A stretch of DNA of 45,708 nucleotides from an uncultured Methanosarcinaceae archaeon (GCA_963721455.1 CAVRJG010000013.1:1-45708); one strand, 5' to 3'. Shown: positions 33,587-44,915, numbered from the stretch's first letter. The notes: generated by a model from the sequence alone, not told the origin. Made by a program: numbers and translations.

Positions 33587-33718
33587 TCAGATCCGCCAGT
33601 TCCTCTCCATTTTTTCGTACAGGCCAATTAAATTATTCCTTATGATCTTGAAATAAGGGTGTTCGGGGCCGTACTCTTTCTCTATTATGTCGAGGATTTT
33701 TTCGTAGAGGGTGGTTGC
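33587..33718 (-). pseudogene. 3' remnant of a second TPR gene
   Basis: Manual translation ATTLYEKILDIIEKEYGPEHPYFKIIRNNLIGLYEKMERNWRI*, resembling the final repeat of the 27277 gene (LGPAHPNFK). Confidence 0.65.
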
Positions 33719-33884
33719 GATTTCTGTACGCAGGTAAGCTTATAAAACAGGTGCAGTTGAACATAGAATATTCAAAGATGAAATGCCAACCGGCTAATTG
33801 GGAACAACCAATCAATCCTGAAGGCCACAAATTTCTGAATATGACATTTATTTTGGAATCGCCACACAGGGATTTGTACTTCAG

Positions 33885-33938
33885 AATAATTGTCTATCTG
33901 GATTTTAAGTCAATAATTGTCTATCTGGATTTTAAGTC
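33885..33938. repeat. Perfect 27-bp tandem duplication
   Basis: AATAATTGTCTATCTGGATTTTAAGTC twice. Confidence 0.95.
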
Positions 33939-34030
33939 AATATTGCCATTATCGATTGTAGAATCAAAGTAGTTTTGAAACAGCCTGCTCCACATCATTT
34001 TTAATATATCTTCCTTCTTTATACAAATAT

Positions 34031-37000
34031 ATGATAATTCTTCATGCAGGAAGAGTCGGAAAACAGTTTTTCTTATGGGGTGAAAGCCCGGCCGAAAAGG
34101 AAATTCCGGTGGTTCGGCGGGGGAGAAAACCTAAAAACCAGGTGGCAAAGCCTTATCCTTTTGATTCCGGCTTTGATAACCTGTCTTCTGTACTTGAGTT
34201 GTTGCCAATCGGTACTGAGCGGAGAGAGACGGAGAACATTAACGTCTGGATGCCAACAATAGGCGGGAGTCCGGTTCCTTCCAGTCCTCTAGTTGCTGAA
34301 ATTCCGACTTTGAAAGCAGAACTTACACTGGCTCCCTGGACTGTTCATGCATACCTTCTGGAAGCTGAAGAGGCTATGGTTCTTCTCTGCGCCTGTATGG
34401 GGAAACGGGTTCTTGCCCCCGGCATAATCTCGGGAAATGACCTTATCTGGTGGGCAGAAGCCCTGAAATTTGCAGGCTCACTGGTAGCCGGACAGAAATA
34501 CCTTCCTGGGGTCAGGGTTGAGGAAGGAGAATACCGGGCTTTCTGGGAGCCCGTATTTGCCGGAGAGGATGCAGGAGAGCTGGCAAAACTTGCAAAGCAA
34601 ATGCCCCCTGTTGCAAGGGCTCTTACGCCTGAAGTTTCGGCCAGGCCGCCGGAAATACCTGCGGATTTAGTGGCCAGGCAGTTTATCGAAGACTCTCTTG
34701 ACCAGATAGTCCGCTCTGAGGTAGGGAAAAAAGACCTTCCGAAAGAGAGGCGTAAAAGAAAATCCTTTGATAGCGTCCACGATGCCTGGGTTTCCGCTTT
34801 GCAAAGCCCGGACGGGCTGATCTATGGAGATGAAAAAGAACTTCTGCAGCTTGCGGCCCGAACCCGTGAGTGGCAGCGTCCCCTCACCATCCTTGACAAC
34901 TTCCCCTTTCAGGTTCTGTTTCCGTCTGGAAGAACCCATTGAGGAAGAAGAAACTGAAGAGAATGAACTGGCAGGAACAGTTGATTGGAGAGAAGAAAAC
35001 AAAATAAGCAGGGAAGGAATAGCTGACATAGAAATCCCCGGGGGTATGTGGTATGTCCGCTACCTTCTCCAATCCTATGAAGATCCAAGCCTCCTGATCC
35101 CTGTAAAAGAAGCCTGGAAGCCAAAAAAGGGCAGCCCGTTGAAAAGATATGACGTGAAAAATATTCGCCAATTTCTGTTATCTTCCCTCGGACAGGCTGC
35201 AGGTATCAGCGCAGGAATTGCTTCCAGCCTTGAAGCTCCCGATCCGTCGGGGTATTCCCTGGATACCAGAGAAGCGTACAGTTTTCTGACTGAAAGTGCA
35301 GTGAATTTAAGCCAGGCAGGTTTTGGGCTACTTCTTCCTGGCTGGTGGACCCGTAAAGGTACAAAAACCCACTTAAAAGCCCAGGCAAAAGTTAAGGGCA
35401 AGAAGTTGCAGGCCGGAAACGGGCTTACTCTCGACGAAATTGTCAGTTTCGACTGGGAAATTGCCCTCGGGGACAGGGTGCTAACAGTCAAAGAGCTGCA
35501 AGCCCTTGCAAAGCTCAAAGCTCCGCTCGTGAAAGTCCGCGGGCAGTGGGTCGAGGTAAACGATGCGGAAATCCGGGCTGCTCTTGAGTTCTGGAAGAAG
35601 AACCCCCATGGAGAAGCAAGTCTGCGGGAAGTTATAAAGCTGGCTGTAGGGGCTTCCGAAAAAGCCGAAGGTTTGGACTTTGAAGGGCTCAATGCAACCG
35701 GCTGGATTGGAGAATTAATCAGCCACTTAAAGGAAAAAGCCGGATTTGAAGAACTTCCGGCTCCCAACGGTTTTTCAGGAACCCTTCGACCTTACCAGTT
35801 CCGCGGTTACTCCTGGCTTGCTTTCCTGAGACAATTGGGCATGGGAGCCTGCCTTGCAGACGATATGGGGCTTGGTAAAACCATCCAGACTCTTGCTCTT
35901 ATCCAGCATGACTTAGAACAGGTCGAGGGACTTGAAGCCCCCAAACCAGTTCTTCTGGTCTGTCCGACTTCTGTTATTAATAACTGGAAAAAAGAGGCTG
36001 CTCGCTTTACCCCGAAACTTTCGGTAATGGTCCACCACGGAATCAGCCGGAAAAAGGAAGAGGAATTCAAAAAGGAAGCCATGAATCATGTTATTGTTAT
36101 CTCAAGCTATGGGCTTTTGCAGCGGGATGTCAAGTTTTTAAAAGGGGTTCCCTGGGCCGGAATGATACTTGATGAAGCCCAGAACATCAAAAACCCGGAA
36201 ACTAAACAGGCAAAGGCAGCCCGGGCTCTGAAAGCTGACTACCGCATAGCTCTTACAGGTACTCCGGTTGAAAATAATGTTGGAGACCTCTGGTCCATCA
36301 TGGAGTTTTTAAACTCCGGGTTCCTCGGCAGCCAGGCCAGCTTCAAGCGGAATTTCTTTATTCCCATTCAGGCCGAAAGAGATCAGGAGGCTGCAAGGAG
36401 GCTAAAAGAAATCACCGCCCCCTTCATCCTTCGCCGCTTGAAAACCGATAGTTCGATTATCTCCGACCTGCCGGAAAAAATGGAGATGAAAACCTATTGT
36501 ACGATAACAAAAGAGCAGGCTTCTCTCTATGCTGCAGTCCTCGAAGACATCGAAGAGGCAATGGAAGAAGCCGAAGGCATCCAGAGAAGAGGTATAGTTC
36601 TCTCCGCCCTTTCCAGGCTCAAGCAGATCTGTAACCACCCAGCACAGTTTTTGAAGGACAACTCCGGCATCCCTGGCAGGTCAGGAAAACTTGCAAGGCT
36701 TACCGAAATGCTGGAAGTGGTTCTGGAAAACGAGGAAAAAGCCCTTGTCTTCACCCAGTTTGCGGAGATGGGCAAAATGCTAAAAGAGCACCTGCAGGCA
36801 AGCTTCGGCTGTGAAGTCATTTTCCTTCATGGCGGGATTCCCAGAAAGCAGCGGGATCGGATGATTGAGCGTTTCCAGGAAGGAAAAGAGTACCTTCCTA
36901 TCTTTGTCCTTTCCCTCAAAGCCGGAGGCACGGGACTTAACCTGACAGGAGCCAACCACGTTTTCCACTTTGACCGCTGGTGGAACCCGGCTGTTGAAAA

Positions 37001-37223
37001 CCAGGCAACAGACAGGGCATTCCGTATAGGCCAGACAAAAAACGTTGAGGTGCACAAGTTCATCTGCGCAGGCACGCTTGAAGAAAAAATCGATGAGATT
37101 ATTGAGCGCAAAGTGCAGATCGCAGAGAACGTTGTCGGAACAGGCGAAGATTGGCTGACAGAACTTTCCAACGAGGAATTGAAGGATATTTTTACTCTTC
37201 GAGAAGAAGCGGTAGGTGAATAA
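34031..37223 (+). CDS. SNF2-family helicase (DUF3670-type), frameshift at about 34895
   Basis: LRPYQ, LADDMGLGKT, LDEAQNIKN, TGTPVEN, LSLKAGGTGLNL and QATDRAFRIGQ motifs. Confidence 0.93.
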
Positions 37224-37224
37224 A

Positions 37225-38163
37225 ATGGCAACTTACTGGGACGGGTATGGTCATTATGAGCCCACAAAGCCAATTGAGGTCAAAGGGGGAATCAAGGCAA
37301 AATCTAAACGCGGGAGCTTTGCCCAGAGCTGGTGGGCAAAACGCTGGATCAAAGCCCTTGAAAACTTTGACATGGGGGCCAGGTTGAGCCGTGGAAAAAG
37401 CTATGCCCGCAAAGGCCAGGTAACCTCTATTAAAATAGATGCCGGGCTTGTGAGGGCAAAAGTCCAGGGTTCAAGCCCCACGCCCTATTCAGTAACGATA
37501 AAAGTCCGGACCATGACCGGTTCCGAATGGGAACTCCTTGCAGAAAAACTTGCCTTGAAACCTATCTTTTCAGCAAAGCTCCTCGCAGGCGAGATGCCGG
37601 AAGATATTGACTCGGCGTTCAAGGAAATAGGGCTCTCTCTCTTCCCTGAAACGCTTGACGACCTTGAAACCGACTGCTCCTGCCCGGACTGGTCAAACCC
37701 ATGTAAGCACATTGCAGCCGTCTACTACCTGCTCGGGGAAGAATTTGACAGGGACCCTTTCCTTATCTTTAAGTTAAGGGGTGTGGACATGGACGATTTT
37801 ATGTCCATTCTCGGAAAGGGCTCAGGCCCGGAAACTGTGGACTATGTGGCAGAAGCCAGGATCTTTTTAGAAGAGCCTGATCATGAAACCGGAACTGAAA
37901 CTGAAGCTGAAATAGCTCCTTTTTCCCCTGAACCACTATCCCTTGATCCAGAAACTTTCTGGGGCAGGCCCCAAGAAAACCCTGACGAGGAAAAAACTAC
38001 TTCCCTTGAGGCTCACATCCCCCCGATTCCAGCAACCCTTCCAAAAAGGCTTGGAAAATTTCCCTTCTGGCGCGGCGAAGAAGATTTGCTTGAAGTACTG
38101 GAGGAAATCTACAAAAAAGTTTCACCTGCAGGGATGATGATTTTCCTTGGAGAACGCAAATGA
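37225..38163 (+). CDS. SWIM zinc-finger protein partnered with SNF2
   Basis: RLSRGKSYARKGQV and CSCPDWSNPCKH; starts 2 nt after the SNF2 stop. Confidence 0.92.
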   Translation: MATYWDGYGHYEPTKPIEVKGGIKAKSKRGSFAQSWWAKRWIKALENFDMGARLSRGKSYARKGQVTSIKIDAGLVRAKVQGSSPTPYSVTIKVRTMTGSEWELLAEKLALKPIFSAKLLAGEMPEDIDSAFKEIGLSLFPETLDDLETDCSCPDWSNPCKHIAAVYYLLGEEFDRDPFLIFKLRGVDMDDFMSILGKGSGPETVDYVAEARIFLEEPDHETGTETEAEIAPFSPEPLSLDPETFWGRPQENPDEEKTTSLEAHIPPIPATLPKRLGKFPFWRGEEDLLEVLEEIYKKVSPAGMMIFLGERK

Positions 38164-38457
38164 ATGTTTCTGCATCCTTTTTCTTCAAAATGAGCAACGT
38201 TTTCTGTGGTGAACACGACTATGTCTATTTATAATCGGTTTTTATAATCGGTTGTGGAATCTGTTAATATTGAAATGACTACTGTAATTATCCATTAATC
38301 TCGATTTACATCTAAGGTTCACAGGAAAGGCAACGAAAATAACATATTTCTTACAGATCGTATCTTGACCTAAACAAACGGATAGTATTTTAATGTAATT
38401 TACAGAAAAAAGATTCAACTAAGTAAGTCCTACAATATTCAAAATTTAGCAGCTACC

Positions 38458-38616
38458 CAGGTTGTCTCAAAACTACATTTAATTCTATAATTGGGTTAAA
38501 ATATTCTACTATAAGGTTAATTTATACCTGAATTTCGGAATAATTCCTATTTGAATTTAAAATCAACAATGCCCATTATCCAATTGTAGAAATAGGTAGA
38601 GTTTTGAGACAGCCTG
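38458..38616. mobile_element. MITE, second copy of the 11995-12154 family
   Basis: CAGGTTGTCTCAAAACT...AGTTTTGAGACAGCCTG; colinear internal similarity. Confidence 0.88.
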
Positions 38617-38663
38617 ATTTAATATAATCTTTTTCTATAAGTCACATAACCCGCTTTCCGCAG

Positions 38664-39412
38664 GTGCGACAAGAAGCTATACTATGAATTGCACCATTCG
38701 CTACCTCTTCCATTTGAGGTAATCCTACTGTGACATGCATAAATGGTAACATTTGTGTGTGAAGCTCACAGGACACTATCGAGAAATCAAGGAACCTGAC
38801 TTTGGTAATCGGTTAGGATACGAATACTATGAAGAACATAAAGTGAACCATCGTAAGAATCGTGAAGTGGAATAAGCGAAAGCAGGCTGATACGCTTAAC
38901 CAAAAGGTACAGAATCAGGCTGTAATGGGTCTGCGGACATTATGGCAAATGGACAAATGATTCTCGGTTTATAGATGGCTTCTAAGGTATTCACATTATT
39001 CGTAGTATGGAACTTGGTAAGCCCTAAATGCTCCCATTATGGGTAGGACTCCCGCGAGGGATAACGATGGCATTGAGGGTAGAGGATTCAGTAAAAAGCG
39101 AATGCCAATCTGTAATGGATTGGATAGAGGTTCAAACTTTGCCTCAATCCGAAAGGATGCAGACTTACTGATGGTGTTTTCTTGTGTGAATGGAAACAAA
39201 CCTACAAATGTAAGATACTCAACGACACCAATAGGTGAGAGGCTTACAGACAATTATGTTAGTGGGCTGTTATCCGGAACACAAAATCAGTTATGCAAAT
39301 AACTGGTGCCTGATACAGAAAGGGTTTGAAAACACTCGAGCCGTATGAAGGGAAACTTTCAAGTACGGTTCCTAGGGGAGAAAGGAGGAGTAATCCTCCC
39401 TACTTACCCGAC
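38664..39412 (+). ncRNA. ORF-less group II intron (749 nt)
   Basis: 5' GTGCG; domain V GAGCCGTATGAAGGGAAACTTTCAAGTACGGTTC (39338-39371); domain VI hairpin ending CCCGAC; EBS1 CTGCGG (38931-38936) complementary to exon CCGCAG (38658-38663). Confidence 0.93.
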
Positions 39413-39555
39413 ATTAAGAATAATGGGTTTTGGGATCAGCTCTAAATCAATAATCAAAAAAGGGTAAGATGGAAAGTACTTTCATTTGTTTGTGCCTCTC
39501 ATTCGAAGAATTTCATGTCCGTTTTAGAGAACGCTAAATTTGTAATATCCGATAT

Positions 39556-39855
39556 TTAAAATGTGTACTCATGCCTGCAGTATTCCATTATATCCTCCAT
39601 AAAATCGGCGTAAAAGTCATCCGGAACTGTCACTTTTTCTCCTGGCTTGATAGCTCTGGCCTCCATGTCTTCTTTACAGGCATAGACTTTGCATTCTGGC
39701 AATTCTTCTATTCCGGTAAGCAGGTGATAGACTCCGTCTGCTGCAAGGTAGATTCTTGCGTTTCCGGAGCGTGCAGCCATTTTTAGGCATAACTCCGATC
39801 TCGGGCTGAAGGGAGGCTTTGTCAGCAGGAACACATCATATTGCTCTTGTTTCAT
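39556..39855 (-). CDS. DsrH/TusB-like sulfur relay protein
   Basis: FLLTKPP, IYLAADGVY and YACKEDMEARAI motifs. Confidence 0.8.
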   Translation of the reverse strand: MKQEQYDVFLLTKPPFSPRSELCLKMAARSGNARIYLAADGVYHLLTGIEELPECKVYACKEDMEARAIKPGEKVTVPDDFYADFMEDIMEYCRHEYTF

Positions 39856-39891
39856 ATTATCATCCGATTCATCCTTACTCAGCAACTAATA

Positions 39892-40236
39892 TTAAAGCAG
39901 GATAACGCAGTCCGAGCTTTTCATAGCTTCGAAAAAATCTTCTTCGTCTGTCAATTCCAGGGTTTCTATCAAGGTTTCCCCGAAAAGGCCTCTCTCCACC
40001 AGTGAGGGTTCATGCACAAGCACTCTCAACTCTCCATATGCGTAGAGAGTATCTGAAAGGTTTGGTATTCTAAGATTCCTGCTATCCTGGCCCACAGCTG
40101 CAAGATAAACTCCATCTCCATAAAGGCCGAGGGTCACATTCATTCCATCAAGGCTTACTGCAGCCGCATTCAATGCCCCAAATGATTTTTCACTGCCGTA
40201 TGGGGCCGTTTCCAGCAGATAGAATACGGATTTCAT
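39892..40236 (-). CDS. DsrF/TusC-like (DsrE family) protein
   Basis: TAPYGSE, YGDGVY and SLVERGL motifs. Confidence 0.8.
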   Translation of the reverse strand: MKSVFYLLETAPYGSEKSFGALNAAAVSLDGMNVTLGLYGDGVYLAAVGQDSRNLRIPNLSDTLYAYGELRVLVHEPSLVERGLFGETLIETLELTDEEDFFEAMKSSDCVILL

Positions 40237-40278
40237 TGGATCTAAACCTCACGAAAATCTGGCTTCATTATTACAACC

Positions 40279-40656
40279 TTATCTTGACAGTGAAACTACC
40301 CTATCACTTTTACTAAGCATTTCTGATAGTTCATATAGGCTGGTGATTTTTATTCCGGGGAAGTAGTCTCTACAGTTACTTCCTTTGATCTCCTCTTCCG
40401 GGATGTAACCTCTTGCACCGGCACACCTTGCGCATGCTCTGATTAAAACCCCTTTCTCTGTAAGTCCGGAAAAAAGTTTGCCTGCATTAGTAAATAAGGA
40501 CGGGTTCTGACATCTTTTAGGTATATGTACTGCATCCATGTACAGGAATATATTTACCTGATATCGTTTAAGTGCAGTCTCTGCGAGTTTGCCGGCAATC
40601 TCAGCATACTCAGAAATGTAAGGGCCATCAGTAAGCACTATAGTCAGTGTCTTCAA
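40279..40656 (-). CDS. DsrE/TusD-like sulfurtransferase
   Basis: TDGPY, IFLYMDAV and ACARCAGARG motifs; TTG start after GGAGG. Confidence 0.82.
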   Translation of the reverse strand: MKTLTIVLTDGPYISEYAEIAGKLAETALKRYQVNIFLYMDAVHIPKRCQNPSLFTNAGKLFSGLTEKGVLIRACARCAGARGYIPEEEIKGSNCRDYFPGIKITSLYELSEMLSKSDRVVSLSR

Positions 40657-40715
40657 GTTTCCTCCGATTAAGTGGTGTTTCAAGTAACAGCAACTAATAA
40701 ATAAGCGTTCAAAAA

Positions 40716-41501
40716 CTACAGATGCTCTGGGTTATCAGCATACTCCGGCTCATTAAGAAATGTACAGTTCTCCAAGCTGACTTCCCCTGTAATTGGCTTT
40801 ACGGCAAATTTGTGACAGTTCTTCCGTTCACTACATCTATCGCAGTTAGTATGGGGCAGGTCTTTATCAATCTCCATAGGTTCGCCAGTGGCTTTTTCCC
40901 TGGAGGGAGCGACACCTTTTGCAATAGCTTCATTTATAGTGTTCTTGAGGTTCTCAAGCATTTCCCCGGCTTCGCTCTCGTTTTTAATCTTTGTCATGAT
41001 GATTTTTCCAGTTCCGTAAATGGTTATAATTATTTCTTCTTCTTGGAAAATTAGGGAATTTGCCTTATCTGAATACTTACCTCTTGGAAAGAGGGGCTCA
41101 AGAACTTCCAGGGTTTCTTCCAGTGGAGGAGCCATATTTGCAATCACTCTGAACTTAGATGAATCAGCCACGCAAGGCAAAAGCTGCCTGACCTCTGAGA
41201 TCTCTACTGGCTTTGCCTGAGAGAGATCTATAGTTTTTTCAGTACATTTCTCTGTCTTATTCTTCAGGAAGTTTCTGCCGTATTCACTTAACTTCACAGT
41301 CCCTTCTTCTAATTCAATTAGGCTTGCCCGTTGCAAGATCTTAAGATGGAAGTCTATCTTTAACTTCCCGGCTGCGCTTTCGATTTCCTCAATACTCCTA
41401 TCGCCATCTGCAAGGAAGCTCATAATCTTCCTTCGGGTGGCATTGGCCATAGCATTATTCACTAACTTTATCTCATTCGGATTTTCAGGCATTTCCAACA
41501 C
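40716..41501 (-). CDS. ArsR-type HTH fused to a C-terminal 4-Cys Fe-S domain
   Basis: ANATRRKIM...FHLKIL HTH; LPHTNCDRC...C...C Fe-S-like motif. Confidence 0.75.
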   Translation of the reverse strand: MLEMPENPNEIKLVNNAMANATRRKIMSFLADGDRSIEEIESAAGKLKIDFHLKILQRASLIELEEGTVKLSEYGRNFLKNKTEKCTEKTIDLSQAKPVEISEVRQLLPCVADSSKFRVIANMAPPLEETLEVLEPLFPRGKYSDKANSLIFQEEEIIITIYGTGKIIMTKIKNESEAGEMLENLKNTINEAIAKGVAPSREKATGEPMEIDKDLPHTNCDRCSERKNCHKFAVKPITGEVSLENCTFLNEPEYADNPEHL

Positions 41502-41849
41502 CTACCATATTTATCGAAATGTAACCTCTTTTTTCCTGATTCCTCAGTAGCATCAGGCAACTTCTTCTAAGGACAAAGTCCAATTTCTCCAATTAATGAT
41601 GGGATCACTTCATAAAAACCTGCAGGAAGGGTATCCAGAAAGATTAATACGAAACTCTAGTTTAACTTCCCACCAACACTCTATATTTTTTTATAACTTT
41701 ATATTTCTATCGGGTGTGAGACAATTACTAAGAATAGTAAGCCTAAAAATCTCTCTAAAATTTACTCAAACATAGGACATATGCAATTTTTTCACTTTTA
41801 ATTAATTATTCACGAATTCGAATAAAAAGAGAGTTCTCAAAATAATTGT

Positions 41850-42428
41850 TACGGGCAGCGCTGCAGGCTCTCTTTGGCATGGCTGCCGGGACTTTCCTCT
41901 GCAATTGCCACCCTTCTGGAAGAACTTTTTGTAAAGGCCGATTCGACGGAAGATCTATCGGGAAAAAATATTTGAATTTGATCGAGGAGGATACAAAACC
42001 TTTCTTTTCTCTGAATCCTTCTGTTCATAACCCTCAGACGCTTGCGAGTCTCCATGCAGAGCTCTTCCGACAATTGCCCTCAGCCCTTCTACAAGGTCTC
42101 TAATCAGTTTTGAGGGAATACCGACTGTCAATTCCGACTCCTGCATGCCCGTTAAGTCCTGGTGCCTGAACATCTCACGGATATCCCATTTTGCCTGTCA
42201 GGTACGGCTGGGCAACGGCATCGGAACAGAGATTCTGCTTGCCTTCAAATTCGGCTTTGGCACAGGGACCTTTTCCAGGGTTTTTCTGGAGGTGTCGAGG
42301 GATTTAAAGTGCCTCAGGTTTTCGTAGTAGGACTTCCCGATTGCAAGTTTAGGAGCATGCGCCCGAGTCCAGGGGCTGTTGCTCCTCCTTTGCAAGTCTC
42401 GCTTTCCAGAGTAGCATAAAACTCTTCT
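41850..42428 (-). pseudogene. Degraded DUF169-like gene
   Basis: Frame-hopping fragments EFYATLESETCKGGATA..., SYYENLRHFKSLDTSRKTLEKVP and GMQESELTVGIP. Confidence 0.55.
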
Positions 42429-42429
42429 T

Positions 42430-43534
42430 TTGTTTTTCACACGCTGTAAACCAAAGTTTACTGATGTTGCTTGTCCCAACAAATCTTGTAAATTTCATCT
42501 TGTTACTTGGCAAGGTAACGTTGTCGGTAATGGCACTTATCAAGTAGGAAACAAGGCTATTCGAAGATACCTCTGCCGCAGTTGCGGCAGAGCCTTTTGT
42601 GACCGTACAAATACTTTATATTATGATCTTCGTACTGATGAAGGCACCATTGAGTTAGCCCTTAAAATGGCCATGAAAGGAATGAGTAATGAGGCTATTG
42701 CCGATGTTTTAGGGGTGCAACCGGTTACTGTAAGTAACTGGTTGGCTCGTGCTGCTGAACAATGTGAAAAGGTAAATGAGCAAAAATGAAAAACCTGGAT
42801 TTGCCCAAAATATAAATGGATGAACTGTGGGTAATAGTTCAAAAAAAGCTCCCCGAATGAAAGATTATGAAGATGATGGGTCATGGACGTGGGTAGCCTT
42901 TGCACCAAGGTTGCAGGTTAATTATTGCTTTTGTTATCGGGCCAAGAAAACAATATGTTGCAGACAAATTAGTGGAGTTAACAGCTAAATGTATTTCAGG
43001 ATTAAACCTCTCTGCGTCACTGATGGATTGAAATTTTATGCAGAAGCTATTCTGAAAAAATATGGAGAACTGGTGGAGTTCCCAAGAACAGGAAAGATAG
43101 GAAGATCAAAGAAACCAAAACTTGTTCCTGCGAAAGATTTGAAATATGCACAGGTAGTAAAAGAAAGGAAGGGAGGAACGATTCACAAAATAGTGAAGAA
43201 AATAATATTTGGTGACAACATCGAACAAAAGCAGATATCAACAAGCTTACTTGAAAGACAGAATCTTACTTTCAGACAGGATTAATAACAGGGTTTCAAG
43301 AAAAACAATAGGATTTTCAAAGAAAGTAGAGTGGTTAATAATCATATGAAGCTCTATTGTACCCATTTTAACTTCTGTAGAGAGCATGGTGGATTAAAGT
43401 ATGAAGACGAAAGGAAAATTAAATGTAAAAATACACTGGCAAGAGAGTGTGGAATTACGGAGTCAAAGTGGACATTAAGAAATTTACTTACATTTAGGTC
43501 TTTGAAAACATCATTCATATAATTATGGACGACC
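42430..43534 (+). pseudogene. IS1-family transposase pseudogene, 5'-truncated
   Basis: ACPNKSC...YLCRSCG, HTH, DELW, TDGLKFY, STSLLERQNLTFRQD and HFNFCREH; several frameshifts; right end TGGACGACC. Confidence 0.8.
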
Positions 43535-43851
43535 TGATTTTTGCAGATTGAGAAAAAAATTATTTTGCAGGGCCTGTAAATTTTGCTTTGTCGACAATCA
43601 GCCAGAATTAGAATTTCAGGCACTTTTATCTGTTCCATAAGCCCTGGTCGTAAAGTTTTCTCTCATTTAAAAGGATATGCCTTCATATTCATAGATACAT
43701 TTATATATTTTATATGCCATGTATGTGTATTGAAAATAAAGAGACGTATAATCATCTGTTGTTAAAAATCATTTTTTGTTTTTAATCAGAGAGTTCTATA
43801 CAATCTTATTTTTAAACTATTAACAAAAATCAAAACAAAGGTGAAACAATA

Positions 43852-44046
43852 ATGGCTTTTAATGACAGAAACTTCAGAGGAAATTCTAATTCCAATTTCG
43901 GCGCTCCAAGAGAAATGCACAAGACAACCTGTTCAGACTGTAAAGCTGAGACGGAAGTGCCTTTCAAACCTGACCCAGAAAGACCCGTTTACTGTAGAGA
44001 GTGTCTTCCTAACCACAGGACACCCAGAGAAAACAACAGATACTAA
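43852..44046 (+). CDS. CxxC-x17-CxxC domain small protein
   Basis: REMHKTTCSDCKAETEVPFKPDPERPVYCREC; GGTGA RBS. Confidence 0.92.
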   Translation: MAFNDRNFRGNSNSNFGAPREMHKTTCSDCKAETEVPFKPDPERPVYCRECLPNHRTPRENNRY

Positions 44047-44678
44047 ACACGATTTTCGCTTCCCGAATTTCGCGTCGGGATCACAGGAAATCGGAGATTT
44101 TCTGGGAGTTGCGATGGAATCGCAACAGTACGAGGTCCGTTTCGCTTCGCGACCCGGAATATACTTTTTTGTAATCCAGAGCTTTTGCAGATTGAAAATG
44201 AACATTTTGCATGGCCAATAAGTTTTGCTTTTATCAATAGATTTCCCTTGTATCATATTTTCAAGAATCCGCAATATCTTTTTTGATCGGGGTGGCTGTT
44301 TTCGAATTAAAGTGAAAACTTGTCAACATAGCCAGAATTTCAAGAGTTTTAAGAAACGGGTTGTTGCATACGAAATGAAGCTTCTTTGGCCCATTCAATT
44401 CTATTGAAATATATTTTTCTTGCAGGCGGTCTGCTGGAATCTCCCCCGAATGCGGTTGTTAAGAAATGAGAAATTGAAAACCCGTGATTTTTGCAGCTTT
44501 AGAAGGAGCACTTTGCAGAGCTTTTGCTTTATCGAAGTTATCTTTTTCACCGGGAGGGCTGTTTTCAGATTAAGGTGATGTTTTTCAAGTGAATTATGGT
44601 TTGGTTTAAGAAAAGCCTTCAGGAACTGGACCGCCGAATATGATCTGAAAATCTTCTCTCATCATCAATTCAATTTAA

Positions 44679-44806
44679 GAGCTGATCCTAAAACTCAAAA
44701 TTATCTCTCAAATATCAAATTATGGACAATCAATCGAGATTTGGATCATGAAGTGAGTCTGAAGACTCATACCGATGTAGTAATAAAATTGGTTTTGGAT
44801 AAACTC
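44679..44806. mobile_element. Degenerate MITE with GAGCTGATCC ends
   Basis: GAGCTGATCCTAAAAC...GTTTTGGATAAACTC; matching end GGGTTTTGGGATCAGCTC at 39425-39442. Confidence 0.55.
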
Positions 44807-44847
44807 AATTACAAAACAGGACTTTTATATAGTAGCGTCAATAATTC

Positions 44848-44895
44848 TATATAAATTGCCAATTTCGGATCACACATAAATTGGCAATTTATATA
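44848..44895. promoter_or_regulatory. Perfect 18-bp inverted repeat upstream of the HesB gene
   Basis: TATATAAATTGCCAATTT-N12-AAATTGGCAATTTATATA. Confidence 0.7.
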
Positions 44896-44915
44896 TGGAA
44901 ATTGGGGGTATACAA

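Noticed and set aside
34031-38163. SNF2/SWIM pair as a novel system
   Set aside because: A widespread, well-known gene pair; nothing unusual beyond one probable sequencing frameshift.
38996-39302. Short ORFs inside the intron as an intron-encoded protein
   Set aside because: No RT or maturase motifs; they overlap structured ribozyme domains.
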